A stretch of 36,827 nucleotides of DNA, from the IMG/VR virus record IMGVR_UViG_3300025150_000028, positions 1 through 36,827 of that record; one strand, given 5' to 3'. A program made the position numbers and the translations under genes. The notes under the pieces were generated by a model that saw only the letters and a program-made list of their open reading frames with translations, was not told where the DNA came from and ran no database searches. This DNA comes from a virus. Taxonomy: Duplodnaviria; Caudoviricetes. Positions 7,850-16,692 of the stretch are shown piece by piece (the first letter of the stretch is position 1; every line of letters begins with the position of its first letter).

Positions 7850-8030
7850 TTCCATCTCCTGAAAGCCGCTTCGGTGCAATTTTAGGTAAGATTTGCAAAA
7901 CTCCATCTTTTTATTTCCGATATTGCCCATCAGGAGAGAACACGGAACTTACTATTCGAGCGGCGATACATCTTCTGAAGATTTTGCCATAATCCAGATA
8001 ATGTTATGGCATATCAGTCAGAAGATACTC
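7850..8030 (-). ncRNA. Candidate pseudoknotted RNA at the head of the Arg/Met/Asp/Trp operon
   Basis: Hairpin ATCTTCTGA..TGCCATAA/TTATGGCA..TCAGAAGAT; GCCGCT/AGCGGC; loop TCTCCTGA complementary to downstream TCAGGAGA. Confidence 0.55.
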
Positions 8031-8071
8031 AACCCATCCTTCAATTGTCAAAGAACAAAACATACAAAAAC

Positions 8072-8110
8072 AAAAAACCCGAAGAATTCTATTAGGAATC
8101 CTTCGGGTTT
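8072..8110 (-). terminator. Intrinsic terminator of the Arg/Met/Asp/Trp attenuator
   Basis: AAACCCGAAGGATTC-CTAATA-GAATTCTTCGGGTTT plus U run. Confidence 0.88.
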
Positions 8111-8134
8111 GCTGTCTTAACCCGTTGCGCCGTT

Positions 8135-8209
8135 TTAGGCAGAGCGGGTCAAGAGGATGTCCCCGAAGGTCATCCTATCCCACATTCTATCCTGTCTGCG
8201 CGAGTGCAT
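8135..8209 (-). CDS. Arg/Asp/Met/Trp-rich leader peptide MHSRRQDRMWDRMTFGDILLTRSA
   Basis: Translated by hand; SD AGGTGA 8 nt before ATG; RRQDRMWDRM run. Confidence 0.85.
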   Translation of the reverse strand: MHSRRQDRMWDRMTFGDILLTRSA

Positions 8210-8264
8210 TTTCGATATCACCTATCAATTTATTATTTTCAACTATATTTATCTTTCTTGCTAT

Positions 8265-8293
8265 ACCTTACAATTTCCTGCATATAAAGTCAA
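8265..8293 (-). promoter_or_regulatory. Sigma70-type promoter of the Arg/Met/Asp/Trp operon
   Basis: TTGACT-17 nt-TAAGGT with upstream AAAATAATTG. Confidence 0.7.
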
Positions 8294-8320
8294 CAATTAT
8301 TTTAAATTTTCTTATGAAAT

Positions 8321-8809
8321 TTATTTTACCATAAAAACAACGCCCAAAGCTCTATCCAGTAAAACGTCATGATCCATATAGAACTTAATATCTTCTTTCA
8401 CTGGGCATTGTTTTTCAAAATCAACTTCTATCCATTTTGTACCTGATGGCATATTCAATTTTTCATGAATCTTATCTATCATACAAACCATACCGATGTC
8501 AACTATATTTCCTTCTTTAGATCTTTCTGGGCTACTTCTATAATCGACTGGGATAAGGGCTTCTTTTCTAAGCATTATTCCTGTTTGTTCTTTAACACAT
8601 CTAACGGCGGCAAATTGTATAGTTTCCATTCCAGCCTTAACTATACCTCCGGGAAATCGGTATAATCCATTTTCTTCAACAGCCAACACGCCATTATCGA
8701 CAACTATAACCGTTGAAGCTGTTAAAAGGAACATAGGGCATTGATAGAGGTAGAGTGGCTGATTTATACTGACAGATTGTAGTTCCATGTTATTGCTCAT
8801 ATTTACCAT
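8321..8809 (-). CDS. Nudix-fold protein with a degenerate Nudix box
   Basis: FPGGIVKAGMETIQFAAVRCVKEQTGI; C-terminal FYMDH. Confidence 0.75.
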   Translation of the reverse strand: MVNMSNNMELQSVSINQPLYLYQCPMFLLTASTVIVVDNGVLAVEENGLYRFPGGIVKAGMETIQFAAVRCVKEQTGIMLRKEALIPVDYRSSPERSKEGNIVDIGMVCMIDKIHEKLNMPSGTKWIEVDFEKQCPVKEDIKFYMDHDVLLDRALGVVFMVK

Positions 8810-9114
8810 TCTGTACTTGCAAATAAGCTAGGTACGTCTTTATTATCGATTCGTCTTTGCAGTTCTTGTTTAAAAGTAATGATTCCAATTAATGGTTCTT
8901 CTGAATGGTACTTATATCTATTTATTTCTTCTTCGGTTAATTGTAGTGGTGGTTCGGTGTCAAATTCTTCTGCCGTGTCTTTGCCGACGAATTTAATATA
9001 ATTTTCTGTGGCTGCTTCTGGAGAATAATCGCACCACCAATCATAGTCGTTCATTCGGTAGACACGAGCTTCGCTATTTTCTATACCTAGAGCAGCGTCT
9101 TCGGAATGGCCCAT
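8803..9114 (-). CDS. Hypothetical protein
   Basis: 103-aa ORF with GGAG SD. Confidence 0.7.
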   Translation of the reverse strand: MGHSEDAALGIENSEARVYRMNDYDWWCDYSPEAATENYIKFVGKDTAEEFDTEPPLQLTEEEINRYKYHSEEPLIGIITFKQELQRRIDNKDVPSLFASTEW

Positions 9115-9238
9115 AGTTATCTCCGTTATTATAAGTGGTTCAAACTATTACCTTTGAGAATAAGTTTTATGGTAACATTTTTTATTCTGGAAGCGTAAAA
9201 CCAGACATCTTTAGTGTCTGGGATGTAAGTGAGCCATT

Positions 9239-9442
9239 TTAATACTTACATAGAATATCTGAACAATTACCGTTTGTTTCTTTTATCACGATGCTTTTTT
9301 TACCATCTTTCTGAACTGCCGCAATAAACGTAGCATTAGGATCATTAGTTAAAATAGTATGCATAAAATCTAATGCTTGTTCTCCCATATGTTCTCCACT
9401 ATAACTTTTAAGATTATAACTGATTTTTGTATTTTGTTTCAT
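9239..9442 (-). CDS. Hypothetical protein
   Basis: 67-aa ORF, tightly packed with neighbours. Confidence 0.6.
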   Translation of the reverse strand: MKQNTKISYNLKSYSGEHMGEQALDFMHTILTNDPNATFIAAVQKDGKKSIVIKETNGNCSDILCKY

Positions 9443-9444
9443 TC

Positions 9445-10341
9445 TTATTTACTCCTTGTTTTCGTATTTATTGAATGAATGTTATTGTTCCATAGGTCGT
9501 CGCCGTATATTGAGTGTTTCATATAGATAATATTTCCGTCTTGTATATCAATGGTAGAATAATAAACCCTGTAATCTATTTGTCCCGACTGAACGCAAAT
9601 TGTTTTTTCTACGTTATTAAACCAAACATATCCATTATAATGTGGAGATTCATGAATGTGTCCGTGAATGGTTAAAAGGGGTTGATTTTCCTTAATAAAT
9701 TTCAGGACAGCATGACTTCCTACCCTATGCCCGTTAGCGCACACATCAAGGTTTAAATTAGAAGGAGGGGCATGAATTAACCATATGCTCTTACTCATAT
9801 TCTTTACTTGGTCTTTTAAATCCATTAAAACGTCCCATATCTTCTTTTTTTCACGAAGATAAACGGCATAATTTTGTATTGTGGTCATTTTATTTTGGTC
9901 ATTAACTAATAATGGATCGCAATATTGAATCGATGACATTCTAAGATCGCTGCTAGTCTCTCCTCTACACCAAAACTTATAGCCAAATGGATAATCGGGA
10001 ACATATGGCATTCCGATAAATTCATGACCATCTATTTCTATAACTTTCTCTGATACAAAGTGTAAAAGCCCATCTTGATCAGCTTTCTCCATCATAGGAA
10101 TTATTCGTTGATTATCGTCATTTCCTAACATAAGAACCAGTTTAGCGCCAGTGTCTTTTATTTTCTTGGCGTATTTGATAATTTTTGGAAAGAATTGGGC
10201 TTGGTCGGTTATTCTTGTGTCTTTAGGAAACAGATCTCCGGCAATAATTATGATATCAAATGGATTGGTTTGGCAAACTTTTATCAAATCTTTCCATTTT
10301 GAAGGGGCTTGGTGTATATCAGATGTGGCTAGGATTTTCAT
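9445..10341 (-). CDS. Calcineurin-like metallophosphoesterase
   Basis: SDIH, AGDL, LGNDD, IHAPP and HGHIHE motifs. Confidence 0.9.
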   Translation of the reverse strand: MKILATSDIHQAPSKWKDLIKVCQTNPFDIIIIAGDLFPKDTRITDQAQFFPKIIKYAKKIKDTGAKLVLMLGNDDNQRIIPMMEKADQDGLLHFVSEKVIEIDGHEFIGMPYVPDYPFGYKFWCRGETSSDLRMSSIQYCDPLLVNDQNKMTTIQNYAVYLREKKKIWDVLMDLKDQVKNMSKSIWLIHAPPSNLNLDVCANGHRVGSHAVLKFIKENQPLLTIHGHIHESPHYNGYVWFNNVEKTICVQSGQIDYRVYYSTIDIQDGNIIYMKHSIYGDDLWNNNIHSINTKTRSK

Positions 10342-10610
10342 TTGATATTTCTAATAAACTCGTCTGGAGTTAATGCAACATCGTTTTGTTTGATTTTGTC
10401 ATAATATTTAGCATTGCCCTCTTCTCTAACCATAACAAAATACCGAATATCTATTCCGCTCATTTCTTCGACTACACCATGTTTGTCAATTTGAGAATAG
10501 GAACGGGATTCAGTTATCTCAATTTTATCAATGATGGTCTTTATTATTTTTCTATCTGAAATAACATAAACTTCTTGCCCAATGTCATATTTTACATCGT
10601 ATGTTTTCAT
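10338..10610 (-). CDS. Hypothetical protein
   Basis: 90-aa ORF, ATGA overlap with next gene. Confidence 0.7.
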   Translation of the reverse strand: MKTYDVKYDIGQEVYVISDRKIIKTIIDKIEITESRSYSQIDKHGVVEEMSGIDIRYFVMVREEGNAKYYDKIKQNDVALTPDEFIRNIK

Positions 10611-10627
10611 TGTCGTATGTTTCCATT

Positions 10628-11374
10628 TTAGAACATTGAAGTTTGACGACTCTTAATTCCATAACTTAATTCAATCCAGCAAGTAAAGCCTTCGGGTATT
10701 TCATATTCTTTTGAAACTTCTTTTGTTCTTGGGTCTTTAATTTGAACCCCTACATCAAAAGCCTCATATTCAAACTTAGGAATTGCAACTTTACCATCAA
10801 ACTTCTGAAATTGCAACAACTTTACGCCTTCATCTATTTTAGCCAAGATTTTTTCTTGAACCTTAGACTTGCTTGCATCAGTCTTTAGCTTATCCTTTTT
10901 TGAAATCAATTCCCTAATTTGTGCATCGATTTCAAACGCTTTAACCTTATTCTCTGGATTAGGTATTATTTTCTCGTAATAGAATATCATCCTTTCAAAG
11001 AGCTTATTCATGGACTCTTCATCTCGAACCATATCTTGATGAGCCCTATCCGTTACATCATTCAATATTGTACGACATTCCGTTATTTTTTCAAGTTCAG
11101 AATTAGACATTCTCATTCTATCTTCTGGAATGGATCTATATAAATCCTGAAGCTTCTTTGTTTCTTGCATGCCTTCACTTGCGTCTAAAACCAAGTCTAA
11201 TTTAAAGACCTTCATGTTGTCGTCAATGAAGTTTTCTACATTATTTGTTACCCACTCAAGGACTTCTGATGCAACTTTTTTAGTATCTATTGTTTTAGAG
11301 TCTGAAATAATTGACTCTATTAATCTTTTCTCACATTTAGTCTGCATTTCTGGTAAACTCCTTTGATGTTTCAT
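10628..11374 (-). CDS. Hypothetical helical protein (start uncertain)
   Basis: 248-aa charged ORF. Confidence 0.7.
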   Translation of the reverse strand: MKHQRSLPEMQTKCEKRLIESIISDSKTIDTKKVASEVLEWVTNNVENFIDDNMKVFKLDLVLDASEGMQETKKLQDLYRSIPEDRMRMSNSELEKITECRTILNDVTDRAHQDMVRDEESMNKLFERMIFYYEKIIPNPENKVKAFEIDAQIRELISKKDKLKTDASKSKVQEKILAKIDEGVKLLQFQKFDGKVAIPKFEYEAFDVGVQIKDPRTKEVSKEYEIPEGFTCWIELSYGIKSRQTSMF

Positions 11375-11867
11375 TTGAGAAAAATGTATTCTTACTCATT
11401 TTAACGCCGCAAGAAGGACAATCTATTCCATCAGCTTCTTCCATAAGATTAGCGAATGTCTTCATTTTAACATTACAAGTAGGACAAACGCTATTTTCAA
11501 TTTTAGATTCAGAAATGAGTTTATCAAGTATTTCAGATATTTCATCACCCGTTTTTGTATCTTGTTCGTAGGGATCAATCATAAGGTCAAATGTTGCCAA
11601 GTATTTACACTTCTGACACCACATATTTATTCTATATCCACATATGGGTATTTTGTTTACATTAGGAAATGTAATAATGGCATATTTTCTTCCTTCATTA
11701 TCCCTTCTATCAATCAGTTCTTTTTGAAACGCCTTATTGATCCTAACGTTTTTAGCCGCTATGATTTTGTTAATATCTCCCAAAGGCCACGGCGCTATCA
11801 AAACAATACCTTTTTTATAATGTTCGCATTTTTCGTTATCGCAAGTGAAGTCACATCCTGATGCCAT
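11337..11867 (-). CDS. Multi zinc-ribbon protein
   Basis: CDNEKC, CQKC, CPTC, CPSC; AGGAGG SD. Confidence 0.7.
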   Translation of the reverse strand: MASGCDFTCDNEKCEHYKKGIVLIAPWPLGDINKIIAAKNVRINKAFQKELIDRRDNEGRKYAIITFPNVNKIPICGYRINMWCQKCKYLATFDLMIDPYEQDTKTGDEISEILDKLISESKIENSVCPTCNVKMKTFANLMEEADGIDCPSCGVKMSKNTFFSNETSKEFTRNAD

Positions 11868-11879
11868 ACTAACCTCCTT

Positions 11880-12314
11880 TTATAAATCATTCTGATGATT
11901 TTTTACGTATGTTTTATTTTCTTCGCTATCTATTCCGTTAAAAACTGAATTAATAACTTCTTTCGGTGGAACATAGCCGTGTTTAAGTATATAGTGTTCT
12001 ACCCGATCAGGGCTAACATAAACTTTCCCGCCATATTTGAATTTTAGACTACAAGAACCCATTTTTTCTCCGCAAATTTCACAATCGTGACGCCCCATAT
12101 ATCCGTCAACCTTCTTAACTTGACTTATTTTACTAACGAATTGACTTATTTGATCTTCTGAGTCCCAAGATGATTCAGATTTATTAACCTTATTACCAAT
12201 CCATCCCCATGAAAAAAATATTCCCTTTTTTCCACTATAATCTCTATTAACTCCATCGGGTATAAACATGATTATTCCTATTCTACTTCCAAATCGATAA
12301 AGGTTTTTATCCAA
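11880..12314 (-). CDS. Hypothetical Cys/His metal-binding protein
   Basis: GRHDCEIC..SP..VEHYILKHGYVPP. Confidence 0.65.
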   Translation of the reverse strand: MDKNLYRFGSRIGIIMFIPDGVNRDYSGKKGIFFSWGWIGNKVNKSESSWDSEDQISQFVSKISQVKKVDGYMGRHDCEICGEKMGSCSLKFKYGGKVYVSPDRVEHYILKHGYVPPKEVINSVFNGIDSEENKTYVKNHQNDL

Positions 12315-12355
12315 ATATTCTTGAATACATTATACAACAAAAAGAGATTTATCTA

Positions 12356-12796
12356 ATGAAAATATATAAAATAGCCCAAGCAAAACAAACAAAAGAACAA
12401 CAGGAAATCACTGGTTCCATTGCTCAAGTCCAAGATTCTATCGCCCTAATTAATAAGTCTATTGAAACATTACAAATTGACAAAATCAACGACCTGTTCA
12501 AAAAAGACGGGATAATTAACGCCTTACAGTCTGGAAGTATCAGAAGATTAGATCAAAACAAGGTAAATCAAAGCCTACAAGCAATGGCGGCAATAGCAAC
12601 AAGCTCTCTGGCTATTAATCAGGCATTAAGAGTTATAGAACAAAACGGAGGCGATGTTAATACGGTTATGGGAATGTCGGTACAAGCTCTACAGGTCGGA
12701 AACTATAGTGCATTTCAAGCTACAATGGCAGATTTCCAATCTGGTCTGACTGGAATGACAGGAACAACGCAAAATATAACGCTAAATCAAGTGTAG
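12356..12796 (+). CDS. Hypothetical Gln/Ala-rich helical protein (rare plus-strand gene)
   Basis: 146-aa ORF filling an otherwise empty interval. Confidence 0.7.
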   Translation: MKIYKIAQAKQTKEQQEITGSIAQVQDSIALINKSIETLQIDKINDLFKKDGIINALQSGSIRRLDQNKVNQSLQAMAAIATSSLAINQALRVIEQNGGDVNTVMGMSVQALQVGNYSAFQATMADFQSGLTGMTGTTQNITLNQV

Positions 12797-12980
12797 CAGC
12801 GGCAGGTTCTAAGTAGCCAGCTTTATGTTTTTCAACCCACCATTTATCTAAGCACCGACCCGATCATTATAGGATAACTGACATCCTAGATCTGTTTGGC
12901 TTACTCCATCCTTGGTACGAACGAGTTTCCTCTCCCAGTGGTCAGTTACGGAGTGCTGAGCTTCCTCTACCACATTGATT
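12785..12980 (-). ncRNA. rnpB: RNase P RNA, minimal and apparently circularly permuted
   Basis: GAGGAAGCTCAGC pairing with GCTGGCT (P4, bulged U); P5 ACTCCGT/ATGGAGT; P6 AACTGAC/GTCAGTT; AAGCCAAA..GGGTCGGT (P15/L15); AGATAAATG; AACATAA. Confidence 0.85.
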
Positions 12981-13009
12981 ATCGTATTATTTTTCAATAC
13001 TCTTGTCAA
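12981..13009 (-). promoter_or_regulatory. Sigma70-type promoter for the RNase P RNA
   Basis: TTGACA-17 nt-TACGAT; predicted start about 12974. Confidence 0.75.
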
Positions 13010-13238
13010 CATTATTCCTAGCCAAAATAGATGCATTTCTCTTGGCTATTCTTATGTTTCTAGCAGCAATTCTAGCAGACCTAGCCTCTATTCTAATTTG
13101 TCTAGGAGTTTTGGGTGTAATCGAAGATGATTTTGGATCAATTTGGATCTTCTGCTTCTGTGCCTGTAATTTAGCTTGCATTGCCGCTCTTGCCTTACCA
13201 CAACCTGAGCATCCCATATTATGTCTCCTTCTTATCAA
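12987..13238 (-). CDS. Small basic protein (likely start MGCSGCG)
   Basis: AGGAG SD before the second Met; Arg/Lys/Ala-rich. Confidence 0.65.
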   Translation of the reverse strand: MIRRRHNMGCSGCGKARAAMQAKLQAQKQKIQIDPKSSSITPKTPRQIRIEARSARIAARNIRIAKRNASILARNNVDKSIEK

Positions 13239-13935
13239 ATATATATTTTTTATATTCTTCTAGAGAAGTTGTTTTAAGTGTTCCTTCTTTAAGTCCCTTA
13301 CGACGTTCCTCCATCATTTTTAAAAGTTCTTCAGATTTAGCGTCTCTATCTTTTGGAGAACCACAGAAAGTAAGTTCCCAAAATATAGCGTAAAGCAACT
13401 CAATTAGGGTTATCGATGGAGTAAAATCTATATTATCTCCTTGGCTAGTCTCGTCGTCACAATCCATAATATAAAGTTTTTGGGACATTCTAATCTCATA
13501 GTCAGCCAGCTCATACATAGGAGAAAACTCAATGGCATAATTCTCTCTGAAGTCTTTGGGTAATTCTTTTTTCATATGCCCATACATTTTAACCATATCA
13601 TCTGAATAACAGTTAATAATACCAACGCCATTAAGCCCCCAAGAATTGCTACTTTCTTTTTCGCCGTCATAAGTTCCCTTGTTCCCAGTCCAGCAAATTT
13701 CGAGATATTCCATCTTGCCATCATCGGTAAATGGTTTGCTATCTATTTCTTTACAAAGATCATCTATGTAAGGGCAATGTAATATAGATTCAAGAATTTT
13801 TAGTGGTATTTCTGAATCTGAACAAGCTTTCAAAACATCCCTCAAGGTAAAAGGATGCGAGAAGTCAACGACCCTGATTAAATCATCAAGATCGAACTTC
13901 ATTCTAGGCATTATTTTTATGTTATCGTTTTCCAT
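13219..13935 (-). CDS. Hypothetical acidic protein
   Basis: 238-aa ORF. Confidence 0.75.
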   Translation of the reverse strand: MENDNIKIMPRMKFDLDDLIRVVDFSHPFTLRDVLKACSDSEIPLKILESILHCPYIDDLCKEIDSKPFTDDGKMEYLEICWTGNKGTYDGEKESSNSWGLNGVGIINCYSDDMVKMYGHMKKELPKDFRENYAIEFSPMYELADYEIRMSQKLYIMDCDDETSQGDNIDFTPSITLIELLYAIFWELTFCGSPKDRDAKSEELLKMMEERRKGLKEGTLKTTSLEEYKKYIFDKKET

Positions 13936-14645
13936 TATGATTTCTTTTGTTTCTTTTGTTTCTTTTGTTTCTTTGTCTGTTCTTTTTCATTTGTCGGATT
14001 CGTATCTATTTCTCCCTTCCAAAAACTAATCAAATTTTTGAGTTTTTGAATTTCTTCTTTTGAACCACTACGTAAAAAATCCCCGATATTAGCTTCGAGA
14101 TCCTTGTATTCTTTCCAAATCTTTACTGCTTCGGGTCTTTTCTTTTCCAAGCATTTTTCGCAGAGGTCATAAACCCAACTCCCGACACTTATCATATCAT
14201 GCTTACTTTCACCACATTCGGCACAATAATAGTCGCAAAGTTCTTCGGCTCTGCTAATCTCATTGTCTATGATCTCTTGCCAATGCTTATTGGAAACAGG
14301 ATCAATTTTCCTTAGTTTTCTTTGACACGTCTTAATCATACTTTCTGTGTAATGATAGAATCTAGCTCCGCCAAATTTTTCCTTTATTTGCGTAAAAATA
14401 GCTCGATTCTTAGATTGTTTAAACAGAAAATCAAGTCTTTCGCAAAGATTATCCAATATCCAATACCAACCCTTGCCAATATCAAATGACCAGCACATAC
14501 AAGTTTGAGACATAGGTAATTTTCTTTCCCTAAACATGACCGGATATTTCTCACACATATACTTATCATATTCTTCGTGAGACATTTTTAAAAACTTATT
14601 TTTTCTTTCATCAATTTCTTTAGAATAACAAATTATCATAACCAC
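13935..14645 (-). CDS. Hypothetical phage-type protein with zinc finger
   Basis: GW..QIKEKFGGARFY..CAECG..LCEKC. Confidence 0.75.
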   Translation of the reverse strand: MVMIICYSKEIDERKNKFLKMSHEEYDKYMCEKYPVMFRERKLPMSQTCMCWSFDIGKGWYWILDNLCERLDFLFKQSKNRAIFTQIKEKFGGARFYHYTESMIKTCQRKLRKIDPVSNKHWQEIIDNEISRAEELCDYYCAECGESKHDMISVGSWVYDLCEKCLEKKRPEAVKIWKEYKDLEANIGDFLRSGSKEEIQKLKNLISFWKGEIDTNPTNEKEQTKKQKKQKKQKKS

Positions 14646-14658
14646 TCCTTTTTAATAT

Positions 14659-15489
14659 TTAATTATATTTCAAAACCCATCCATTATAATTGGTGATTTT
14701 ATTTTGTAAAACCTGTCTCATAGTGTATTCAGATAAATCATATTTTTTTAATGTGCATAATAAGTTCCCATGAATTTTTATTATTTTTTTATTAGGCGAA
14801 ATAAGAATATACTTTTTTGCTGCCGGGTTTAAACTACCAACTCTAATATTTGACAAAAATGTCTTTACTTTTAATAAGGACATTCGATTATGTTTCCTCT
14901 TGTACTCCTTTTTATACTCTTTATAAGTAAGACCTGTTTTTTTAATATATCGTTCTATTGCTTTGTTGCGAATAATTTTTTTTGTTTTTTCAGTATGTTT
15001 ATGACAAAAAGTAATTATCTTGCCACTATTAATTATTTTTTTTCTAGTTTTACTCATTTTAAATTTTGATTTATTGGTATGTTTTTTACCATAAAAATTG
15101 TTTTTATGGCCAGACTGTGTTCCTTTTCGTATTAAAGATAAATACATTTTATGTTCATTTGTAAATCTATATTGGTTTCCACCCGTAGTTAAATTATATC
15201 CATTGGGACAAAGTGTTTTGTACTTTTTAATATAAAATTTCTCCATCTTGTTTAGTAAATTAAAATTTTTACAACAGTCAATGATTTCGATTTTAAAATT
15301 TTTTTGTTTATATTTTATAATTGCCTTGTGTAAATATGGCATTTTTTTAGATCGATTTAATAAATTTTTTGCATATCGACAATGATCCATCCATCTTTCT
15401 TTGATTGTTCTCGTTGTTAATCCGATATATGATTTTCCATTTATTTTATTCGTAATTTTATAAATTAAAAAATTACATAACTTTTTCAT
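14659..15489 (-). CDS. GIY-YIG homing endonuclease with NUMOD3-like repeats
   Basis: LIYKITNKINGKSYIG, ERWMDH, GYNLTTGG, FYGKKHT, HKHTEKTK; very AT-rich. Confidence 0.9.
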   Translation of the reverse strand: MKKLCNFLIYKITNKINGKSYIGLTTRTIKERWMDHCRYAKNLLNRSKKMPYLHKAIIKYKQKNFKIEIIDCCKNFNLLNKMEKFYIKKYKTLCPNGYNLTTGGNQYRFTNEHKMYLSLIRKGTQSGHKNNFYGKKHTNKSKFKMSKTRKKIINSGKIITFCHKHTEKTKKIIRNKAIERYIKKTGLTYKEYKKEYKRKHNRMSLLKVKTFLSNIRVGSLNPAAKKYILISPNKKIIKIHGNLLCTLKKYDLSEYTMRQVLQNKITNYNGWVLKYN

Positions 15490-15575
15490 TTATTTTTGCT
15501 TAAGTTTTAAGACTAATATGTTCGAATAAAGACACTGTTAACGCCAATCTCAAATGTTTTAAAACCAACTTATTT

Positions 15576-16055
15576 TTATGTGCATTGATTATCATATGGA
15601 AATTCAATCCATGTATTATCCGGTATTTCCTTAACAAAAAAATCAACAGCGTGTTTACTTCCGCTTTTTACAAAAACAGATGCAACATAAATTCTTATTT
15701 TATTACTGGTTTTATTTATTATTTTACTAATGTTTGAAATTGTTTTGCTTGTGTCTACTATATCGTCAATTAAAAGTAATGTACCTGATTCATCTGGTAA
15801 ATTATTAAATCTCATTGGAAGTTCTTGATATATACGATAGTCTCGACTAGTCTTACCTACATAAGAACTATAACCACACGAATATATTTTATCTATATTC
15901 AATTGATATGCAACAATTCCAGAAGGTATATACCCACCTCTAGGAGCAGTAACTATAACGGTTTTTTCACCAACATACCCTTTAAGAATATGGCAAAGGG
16001 AATAGCAATACCCTATATAGTCAGCCCATTCTATTTTAAGAATTCGGTTCGGCAT
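15576..16055 (-). CDS. Type I phosphoribosyltransferase (purine-salvage-like)
   Basis: PRGG, LLIDDIVDTSKT PRPP loop, WIEFPY. Confidence 0.85.
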   Translation of the reverse strand: MPNRILKIEWADYIGYCYSLCHILKGYVGEKTVIVTAPRGGYIPSGIVAYQLNIDKIYSCGYSSYVGKTSRDYRIYQELPMRFNNLPDESGTLLLIDDIVDTSKTISNISKIINKTSNKIRIYVASVFVKSGSKHAVDFFVKEIPDNTWIEFPYDNQCT

Positions 16056-16212
16056 TTCCCCTCTCCAATTTTTCTAGATGTTTTTTTAAAAAAATCTTAA
16101 AGCACCTAGATATATTTATTGCATATTTATCTCTCAATTTATTAAGCGTGTCGTAATCTTCTTGTTCCATAACCAAATCGTATCGATATCTTGCTTTTTT
16201 GTCTTTATTCAT
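16036..16212 (-). CDS. 58-aa possible ribbon-helix-helix regulator (not in track)
   Basis: Hand translation MNKDKKARYRYDLVMEQEDYDTLNKLRDKYAINISRCFKIFLKKHLEKLERGNAEPNS. Confidence 0.5.
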   Translation of the reverse strand: MNKDKKARYRYDLVMEQEDYDTLNKLRDKYAINISRCFKIFLKKHLEKLERGNAEPNS

Positions 16213-16281
16213 AACATATTATTCCACAAAAATACTCATAATTCCTTCTTATATTTTCAATTATATTTATATCGGAATTTT

Positions 16282-16455
16282 TTATCTTTCATCGCCTGAT
16301 CCACGTAAGGTTTTTCGTTTCCTTCTGTCAATAATCTTCTATACATTTGAATCTACTACATCTTGAAAATCTAATCCTAATTCATTTGCTTCTGCCACAA
16401 TATAAAAGGAATTATCTTTTACAAATTTCTGATATTTGTTAAAATGCATTATCAT
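16282..16455 (-). pseudogene. MazG-like nucleotide pyrophosphohydrolase remnant
   Basis: MHFNKYQKFV joined directly to FYIVAEANELGLDFQDVVDSNV*KIIDRRKRKTLRGSGDER; central acidic motifs missing; in-frame TAG at 16339-16341. Confidence 0.7.
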
Positions 16456-16692
16456 TTATCTCATCACTGCCATAAACTTCCTACCATTGACATCAAAAAA
16501 TTCATGCCTGACTTTTGTTTTCTTTACTTCGACCATAAATTGATGGAAAGCAATAGCATCGTCCTTAATCTTGTCAATATCAAAGAAACAACAATCTATC
16601 TTCTTATTGAATGGAGGCAGATAAAAATCACATTGATATTCAGCCTCAATATCGGCCAAAACACTCATCTGAATAGGAGTTAAAAATTTCAT
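16456..16692 (-). CDS. Hypothetical protein
   Basis: 78-aa ORF with ATGA overlap. Confidence 0.65.
   Translation of the reverse strand: MKFLTPIQMSVLADIEAEYQCDFYLPPFNKKIDCCFFDIDKIKDDAIAFHQFMVEVKKTKVRHEFFDVNGRKFMAVMR

Noticed and set aside
12848-13036. 62-aa ORF from the track
   Set aside because: Coincides with the RNase P RNA and its promoter
13938-13985. Short tandem repeat TTTCTTTTG
   Set aside because: Encodes the low-complexity QKKQKKQKK tail of ORF 13935..14645
16339-16341. TAG recoding (alternative genetic code)
   Set aside because: Single case in an already deleted pseudogene; long genes are intact under code 11 and several end at TAG (e.g. 266, 10628, 16951)
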